Positions 56,500-64,000 of a stretch of DNA of 64,000 bases are shown here, piece by piece. The DNA comes from Zygnema circumcarinatum SAG 698-1b. Taxonomy: Eukaryota; Plantae; Zygnematophyceae. Every line of letters begins with the position of its first letter. Positions within the stretch are counted from its first letter, which is position 1. The DNA lies in assembly GCA_037447605.1 (NCBI GenBank), contig CM074812.1, forward strand, positions 310,001 to 374,000, read 5' to 3'. The notes beneath the pieces are model-generated. The model saw only the letters and a list, made by a program, of their open reading frames with translations, had not been told where the DNA came from and did no database searches. Position numbers and translations under genes: made by a program.

Positions 56500-57640
56500 T
56501 CCGGCGTTGCCAAACTATATTTATGTGGAGCAAGCGCCAATGAAATTTCACCACGTGTCCAAGAAGTCCACGTGGCAGCCCACTATTTGCCAATGTTCAC
56601 CAAAAGTTCCGCAACAGAAAAGTGGGCGCCCTTGGCGTGCCTCGGCTCGCCACGTGGCAGTTATCCATTGGACGAAATACAATGATATTGACCGTTGACG
56701 ACCTGCTACGTGGCCGTCCCAAGCAGTTCTATGTGAGATTATAGGGTTCGATTATAGGGTTCAGTTCAACAGCGAAAGGTTCCGTTTGAGTTTAGACCCT
56801 AGAGTCTAGGCCTCTAGGGTTTATGGCCTCATTAGGCCCCTTTAGGGGCTTCAATTTCTCAAATCGACGAAATTTGGTTGTAACCTGCGACAGAAAATCA
56901 GCGGCTACAAATGGGGTATATAATAACCGAATTTGATGTGGCAGCCTCTCTCAAATTGCGGCCCAACGTCCAGTTTCTCAAACCTGGGCAGTCTGGTTTC
57001 AAACCTGGAGCCGACCGCTGATTGGCTAACTCCCGGAAATGAGTGGGTACAAATGGGGTATATAAGATTCTAGTTGCTTAAATCTACGCAGTCTTGTTCA
57101 AACCTGGCACTGATCGCTGATTGGCTGACGCCTGGAAATGAGCGGGTACAAATAGGGTATATAATAATATAATCCGACGTGGCAGCCCCTCTCAAATTGC
57201 GGCCCAACGTCCAGTTTCTCAAACCTGCGCAGTCTGGTTTCAAACCTGGAGCCAAAATAAGCGGGTACAAATGGGGTACATAAGATTCGAATCCGACGTG
57301 GCAGCCTTGGCCCAAATTGCGGCCCAACGCGCTCGCGGCCTCATCCGCAAAAATCGAAACGTGGGTTTCGTGGCGTTAAGGGCCGCTTTCAAAATTTTGT
57401 TTGCTGATGTGGCGTAATATGATTGGCCAAATTTATCGTAGTATCCAATCGTAAGGCTTGATTACATGTGTGAGAGATCACACATGTGAGGAGCGCCTGT
57501 GATTGGCTATTGGCCTCGCGAGTTGCAAGATGCTCCTTCTAGGGGGTTGGACTCTACGTCCTAGGGAATTGGCCAATCGGAGTGCGTCACGTGTACATTT
57601 GTGCAAACGTGGCACTTTGTGATTGGTCGATGCTTGACAG
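56500..57640. promoter_or_regulatory. Putative bidirectional promoter rich in ABRE/G-box, CCAAT and site-II-like motifs
   Basis: Lies between the ATGs at 56209 (-) and 57817 (+). ACGTGGC at ~56572, 56652, 56708, 57177, 57297 and 57607; several ATTGG/CCAAT and GCCCAA motifs. Function is inferred. Confidence 0.5.
56893..57330. repeat. Complex tandem repeat in the divergent ABCG/AGPase intergenic region
   Basis: Recurring modules GGGTACAAATGGGGTATATAA, GACGTGGCAGCC..CAAATTGCGGCCCAACG, CAGTCTGGTTTCAAACCTGG and GCTGATTGGCT, each in 2-4 copies. Confidence 0.85.
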
Positions 57641-57816
57641 AGTAAACCCAACCCTGTTCGGTGTCGGAAGGAAGTGACAGCGCAGTAGCAAGCGAGGCGG
57701 AGCGAGAGGGAGAGAGAGAGAGGGAGAAGGAGAAGAGGGAGAAGGGAGAGAGGGAGAAGAGAGAGAGAGGGAGAGAGGCAAGGGGAGAGAGGTAAGGACA
57801 GAGAGAGAGAGCAGGG

Positions 57817-60800
57817 ATGACGTCAGTGTGCTGCACGCCCAGCAAGGCGCTGCTGCTGCAGACAGCAGAGTCCAAGAATGTTAAGCAGCGCAGCTTGACC
57901 AAGAGCCTGGAGGCCCTCTCCTCCTCGTCCTCCTTCTTCAGAGGGCGATGCTCCGCGGCGCATCTCTCTCTGCAGAAGAAGCAGAAGAAGGGAGGGAGAG
58001 GCGCCGCCATAGTCTCTCCGCGCGCCGTCTCCGACTCCGGGGTGGAGTCTGAGAGCTGCTTGGACCCGGACGCTGGCAGGGTATGCATCTGGCGCTTGCT
58101 GGGACCTCGAACCTTATCTGTCAGACCTCTTTTGTATTCCTTTTTTTATTTATTTTTGGTTTGTATAATGTAACGTAACAATAGTGATATTGATTTTATT
58201 ATTGCACCACAGCTGAACTTTTTTTTGTCTCTTTCTGCCGCCACGTGTCCTGTTCCGCGTAATTCCCTGCAGGAAGGATGCAGCACATGCTTCATTTTTC
58301 TCGCAGGGTCTGTCATACGTTGCTGTTTTTTTCTGGCACGGTTTTTTCATTTTTGGGTTTTTTTGTTTTTGCTGTAAGATATTTCCCAAACCTGTTTAAT
58401 CCGCAGGGTGTGTTGGGGTAAAGTTTGTTAATGTCGCGGCTCTTTTCCTTGAAAGTTTGGAAGGCCTTCTCGGCTGCTGTTATCATTCTCTTTTTCTCTT
58501 CCCCTCTCTTTCTTCCTCTCTCTCTCTCGTCCTCTCTTCCTACATCTCTCTTTTTTTCTCTCTCGTTTCCACTCGTGTCCGCTCCCCTCCCCTCCCCTCC
58601 CGTCGTCATTCTTCGCTCACATCCCTCAGTACCATTCAGCCCACTCTCTCCTCCCAACCTACTCACTAGCCTTCTCCATCTATCTCTTCCCACAGAGTGT
58701 TCTTGGAATCATTCTGGGAGGAGGTGCTGGAACTCGCCTCTACCCTCTTACAAAGAAGCGTGCAAAGCCCGCCGTTCCGTTGGGAGCGAACTACCGTTTA
58801 ATCGATATCCCTGTCAGTAACTGCATTAACAGCAATGTGCGCAAGATCTATGTGCTCACTCAGTTCAATTCAGCATCCCTGAATCGCCACTTGTCCCGAG
58901 CCTACAGCAGCAACATGGGAGGATACAAAACCGAGGGATTTGTGGAGGTTTTGGCGGCTCAGCAGAGCCCGGAGAACCCTAACTGGTTCCAGGTACTTTT
59001 TGTCATTAGAGAGCGGGACTACCTATGGTTGGGACTACCTATATCTATTTGGGGTGTTAGGGGTACTTCTCTTGTGGGCCCGTACTTAATGGATTTGGCT
59101 CTCTCTCTTCCCTTCTCTCTCTCTCTCTCGCTCTCTCCCTCTCTCTACGCAAGCAAGGGCTTGAAGGAGCTCTTAAGGAATTCAGTTTTGGAGAAAAACT
59201 TACTGATTTTTTTCTCGTCTGCTATTTTAGGTTGGTCGGCCTTACTGATCATTAGTTTCGTGCAAAGTTTTTGGTGGGTAGCCATGTCATGTGGAATGTC
59301 TGTAAATTCCTGTTACTAGTCGTTTGGAGCTTATCAACTGCCCTAGGGGTTTTCGGTACTTAATTGAAAGTTTGAGTCATGTTGAAAGATGAGCGTTTAT
59401 CTTGTTACCCCCCCTCTTCCCCCCTCTCTCTCGCTCGCTCCCTTTCACTTTCTCTCTCTCTCTCTCGCGACCTGCTTGGTCTATGGCTAATTCATAAGTC
59501 GAGTCTTTCAAGGAGCTGCGATCAGCTCTTGCAGGTACTTTTCTACTAACGCTATTCCGTTTCGTTGTTGCAGGGAACTGCGGATGCCGTCAGGCAGTAC
59601 CTGTGGTTGTTGGAAGAGCAAAATGTGTTGGAATATTTGATTTTGGCTGGAGACCATTTGTACCGCATGGACTACCAAAAATTTATTCAATGCCACCGAG
59701 AAAGCAATGCTGATATCACCATTGCTGCTCTCCCTATGGATGAGAAGAGGGCGACTGCTTTTGGATTAATGAAGATTGATGACACCGGCAGAATTATTCA
59801 GTTCGCAGAGAAGCCTAAGGGAGAGAAGTTGAAGCAGATGGAGGTACTCGCGCTCTCTCTATCACTCTCTCTCCTCTCTCTCTCTCTCTCCCTCAACCTG
59901 CTTCGTCACTTCTACGTACCCTGACCGAGGAAGTTTGGGCCCTGGCATGTTGTGAAGTTTTTTTCTGATAACTCTCCCCTTTTTTTTTTGCCTTTGGGAA
60001 TCGGACAGGTGGATACCACGATCTTGGGACTTGACGCGGAAAGGGCCAAAGAAATGCCATACATTGCCTCTATGGGAATCTATGTGATTAGTAAGAATGC
60101 AATGATTAAAATGCTGCGCGATGACTTCCCTGAAGCCAACGACTTTGGAAGTGAAGTCATTCCCGGAGCTACAAAGAAGGGAGCTAAGGTGCGATTTTGG
60201 ATACATATCTGGGGGTTGCATGTCGAGTCTGTCGGCGAGGTTAATGTTGTGTACCTGCCATTGTTTATGAAAGCCAAGAACGAGAGAGACACGCAGGGAG
60301 AGGGAGAGAGAGAAAGGAGGCGAGAGAGAGAGAGCGAGAAAGGAGGCGAGAGAGAGAGGGCGAGAGAGAGAGAAAGCAAAAGTGGGAGTGATGGAGACTA
60401 TGGAGAGTTTTGTGGCTTTATTGGCCATAATGGTTTGTTTTTGTCCATAATGGTTTGTTTTTGTGGGAGCTGAGCAGGTGCAAGCCTATCTGTATGATGG
60501 ATACTGGGAAGATATTGGCACAATTGAAGCTTTTTACAATTCCAATTTGGGAATCACCGACAAGAATCCTCAGTTCAGGTAAAGGCTCTCCCATTTCTCT
60601 CTCTCGGGATCCCTTCATGGCACTATGTGGTGAAAATGATATTGCAAGTTGAGTCTCCCCCCTCTTTCTCACACACACACACAAGACTAAGAAGCTGATT
60701 GAGTGTGAGTGATGGGCCTTTTGCAGTTTCTATGATCGATCTGCTCCCATCTACACCCAAGCGAGGTATCTGCCCCCCTCAAAATTGACCGATGTGGACA

Positions 60801-62202
60801 TCTCCAGGAGTGTCATTGGAGAGGGTTGCATTATGAAGGTTAGAACATGAAACCCCTTTCTTCTTTTTGCTTGTAGACTTGAGGCTGCAGAATCGTTTGA
60901 GATGTGCAGATTTCATAGGGGAAAGTTTAATTGAAGTCTTTTCTGCCTTCCATGTGCCGCAGAAATGCACCATTAACCACTCCGTGATAGGCCTCCGTTC
61001 ATTGGTCTTTGAGGGAGCTTTGGTTGAAGACTCCCTCCTCATGGGCGCTGACTACTACGAGGTATGGCCTTATGGTTCCAACCAATCACCTAATGTAGTT
61101 GACTAGGAGTCAAAGACTTTGAATCCTATTGACTACTGAAATTGCAGGTCCTACTTATAGGTGACTGCTTGAAGAAATTCTTTCCTCCTTCCAGTAGCGC
61201 TCTCTCCCTCTACTGCTTCACTGTCCCAGCAGGGTTAATACACATAGGCTTTCAAATGTGATGCAATTATAGATATCCAATTGGAGAATCATCTGACTTT
61301 GGGCAATTAACTTTATGGAGCGTCTGTGTTGCTTTTTGTTTTTAACAGACAGACGAGCAAAAAGCAGAGATTGAGGCGGCCGGTGGCATTGTGATGGGCA
61401 TTGGACCCAACTCCATCATCCGCAAGGCAATCATTGACAAGAATGCGAGAATCGGTGCCAATGTGCAGGTACATAATTCAGTTTCAGTCTTGATTTCTGT
61501 AATTTCTTGCTCTTTGTCGCCTGCTCTGTTATCAGGGGCTTTCTTACGGCGAAGGAAAAGAAGATAGTCACCTCCTCTGCCTCTTCCTGCTCGATACCGA
61601 TGACCTTCCGAATCTCTTCCTTCGTCATTCCCCCTCTCCTTGACCGTTTCCCCTCCCTTCACACCCTTTCTCTATTTCTCTCTGTTCTTTCCTCTCTCCC
61701 TTCCCTGTGCCTCTATGTCCACCTTTCTCCCTTGCTTCTCCCCTCACCCTCCTGTCACAACCCGTCTGATTTTCTCCCCTCCTTCCCCCCTCTCACTCCG
61801 CCTTCGCCCTTCTCTCTCCACCTTTTCCCCCCTTCTTCCCTCTTCCAACCCCCCCCTTTGCTACTTTTCCTCTACCGTTCTCTCTCTCCTTCACTTGTCT
61901 CTCCCTCCCTCCCCTTCAATGCTCTCCCCTCTCCAGTCCTCTCTCCCTTCCTCCCTCCCCTTCCCTCCTGTCTCCCGCCCTCCCCTTACTCCTCCACCTT
62001 CCTCCCCTTTCCCAGGTTATTCTCAAACTAATTTGAATTTGCTTTTTTTCTTGTTTTCTAATTTTCAATTTGGATGTGAGTGCAGATTGTGAACAAGGAT
62101 TCCGTTGAAGAGGCTGCTCGGGAAACGGATGGATACTTCATTAAGGGCGGAATCGTAACTGTCATCAAGGATGCCGTCATTCCCGCCGGAACCGTCATCT
62201 AA
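57817..62202 (+). CDS. APS1: ADP-glucose pyrophosphorylase small (catalytic) subunit, plastidial, 9 exons
   Basis: Exons 57817-58080, 58696-58992, ~59573-59842, ~60010-60189, ~60478-60577, ~60727-60838, ~60964-61060, ~61349-61468, ~62086-62202. Motifs: transit peptide, [99 protein letters not shown]. Confidence 0.97.
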
Positions 62203-62967
62203 ACTCCGTTCAACGGAATAACTGAAACAAGTGCTTCACTTGTTCCCGGAGGTTCACATGTGCGAAATGCCGTTGTAGAACATCGCTGCCCTGAGTCACT
62301 GCGGCCTCCAGCTCAAGCCAATGGAGGTAACGCTTCATCTTTGAGAGGGAAGAGGGAGAGAGGGAGAGGGAGAGGAGAGAGGAGGTTTGTTACAAATGAC
62401 AGGAGGGAGTAGTCTTCGGGAGAGAGCAAGCTTCTCTCACGTCCTCCCCCCCCACCCGGAGAAGAAATTTGAAGTTTTTTATTGTTTTTTTAAGTCAAAG
62501 CGATGTGAGGCGGAGTCGCACGCCACCCACGGTTGTACTTTTGACCTATAACGGAATAGCAAGTTTTCTTTTTGACCGGCAAGGGAAAGTCTGTCCAACA
62601 GATTGATAAAGAAATGTGACAAGATGAAATGGGCAGGCCAATTTTGAGGCAGAGGGCAAAGCGAAAGGAATTTGTCCTTTTCCTCGACTCCAATTTGTTC
62701 GGGGAAAATGTAGCTATGATTTGTAATCTTTCTTGGCGATCAATTGTCTTTGGTTTCTATCTCTAACTTTCTCTCTCCCTCTCCCTCTCCCTCTCTCTCT
62801 CTCGATCTCCCTCTCTCTCCCTTTCTCTCTCACGCACACATTCGTGCACGCATATATGCGTGGTGTGCGTAGTACCTGTACATGTATGTACTTGCATGCT
62901 GATTGGTACGACCATGTATGTATGGCAATCAGCGTGGTCTCAGTAACCCTAAAGGCTCTCTGACATG

Positions 62968-63770
62968 TCATGGAAGATTCTCCGCCAGCCATTCCATGGT
63001 GTTGGGAAGCTCCGCCAAGATGTCCTCCGTCTTCCAATGAAGGCCCTCGTCAGAACCATCTGAAAGCCCCTTCCCCTTTGACTCAGACGGAGCCACCGTT
63101 GGACTTCCAGTAAATTTCTTCTGCAAAAATCTCAACAACAAAGAGGGTTAGGGCTTCAATAGGGCTTCCTACTCGGGAAACCCTCATTGGCTTTGGAGGA
63201 ATCCTTTTCTCCCAGGGGAAATGGAACGTCACTCCCTTTTCTCATGCCAAGCAAAAAGGAAAAATAATCATTCTTGCCGCGATCCATTTATGCCTTTATT
63301 CTACTTTCTTACGGGAAAATGGCATCGATCTCACGATGGCGAGGCCATCAAATGTACATGGACAGAAGCAGCATGGGGAACCACGAGGGACTGGTCGTAA
63401 AGGACCTAAGCACAAAAGAAAAAAGCTAGTTACTTAGTTAGTTAGTTAGCTAGTATTTACTTTTAGTTCGAATGCCCACCTTCAAGTGCTTTGTCCAAGT
63501 ACAAGGCACCATCTCCACTTCTTTCGTTTTCCGACCTTTTTGAGTCTCGAAGCTCACTCCATCCACCGTTCTCAGTTTCCATTTCCTTTCCGAATTTCTA
63601 TACATGAAGCCTTCCTCTGTGTGCCGCACATTTCGAACTGAAAAACGCTTTCCTACATCACTTTTTGGGGGTTCTATGCCAGTTTCTGACGGCCAACGGA
63701 GACCGCCTCGTACGGACTTATCTATGACTGCGGAGTCAACGATCGCTTGAATTCCCTTTTGCACATCTTC
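62968..63770 (-). CDS. 3' end (last two visible exons) of a conserved uncharacterised plant protein gene continuing beyond the window
   Basis: Exon 63770-63480 (EDVQKGIQAIVDSAVIDKSVRGGLRWP..RFSVRNVRH) and exon 63120-62968 (..EDILAELPNTMEWLAENLP*), both with canonical AG/GT sites in phase 0. Product not identified. Confidence 0.6.
63320..63450 (+). repeat. Short dispersed repeat, also at ~13455-13530 and ~14025-14140
   Basis: Shared GGCCATCAAATGTACATGGACA..CATGGGGAACCACGAGG..TGGTC..AAAGGACCT..AAAGAAA.AAGCTA. This copy ends in a (TTAG)n tail. Confidence 0.7.
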
Positions 63771-64000
63771 CTGGAAAAAAAATATGAAAAGGGGGCGGGG
63801 GAAAGGGGGGGGGTGCTTAAGGCGCTGAAGGGTTCAAGGACTTTGCCTAAAAGGGTTAACAAACAAAAGCAAAAAGTAAATAATTAATGAAAAAATGATG
63901 CAATCACAACATGGACAGTAAGCTAGGTTCAGATTTTAAAATAGAGAACGAATTTTGAAAAAGAGAAGTCTTAAGAATAGCACCTCCAATTGAAGACAGC

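Overview
Eukaryotic, intron-rich green-plant DNA. The gene families and the (CT/GA)n-filled introns suggest a streptophyte alga or early-diverging land plant (inference). Bases 1-~12,100 are a nest of decayed LTR retrotransposons: a Ty1/copia element with two LTRs and the start of a second copy, sitting inside minus-strand Ty3/gypsy sequence. A Mutator-type MITE with a perfect 9-bp TSD follows at 13134-13897. The rest is gene-dense: secreted copper amine oxidase (+), bacterial Aec37-type GH31 glycosidase (+), DCD-domain protein (+), conserved plant hypothetical membrane/coiled-coil protein (+), PLIP-type plastid lipase (-), kinectin-related coiled-coil protein (+), a very unusual PDR-type ABCG transporter (-), the ADP-glucose pyrophosphorylase small subunit (+), and the 3' end of a further gene (-). 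The top lead is the ABCG: both Walker B catalytic glutamates are replaced (DQ, DA), both signature motifs are degenerate, both Walker A motifs are intact, and a PDZ-like domain appears inserted between NBD1 and TMD1. Other leads are the intron-poor bacterial-type GH31 (HGT candidate), a strong excess of Em1a/G-box ABRE 10-mers inside coding exons, and a minisatellite built from a splice-acceptor junction. All exon structures were derived by eye from splice sites, reading frame and remembered family motifs; no database search was run.
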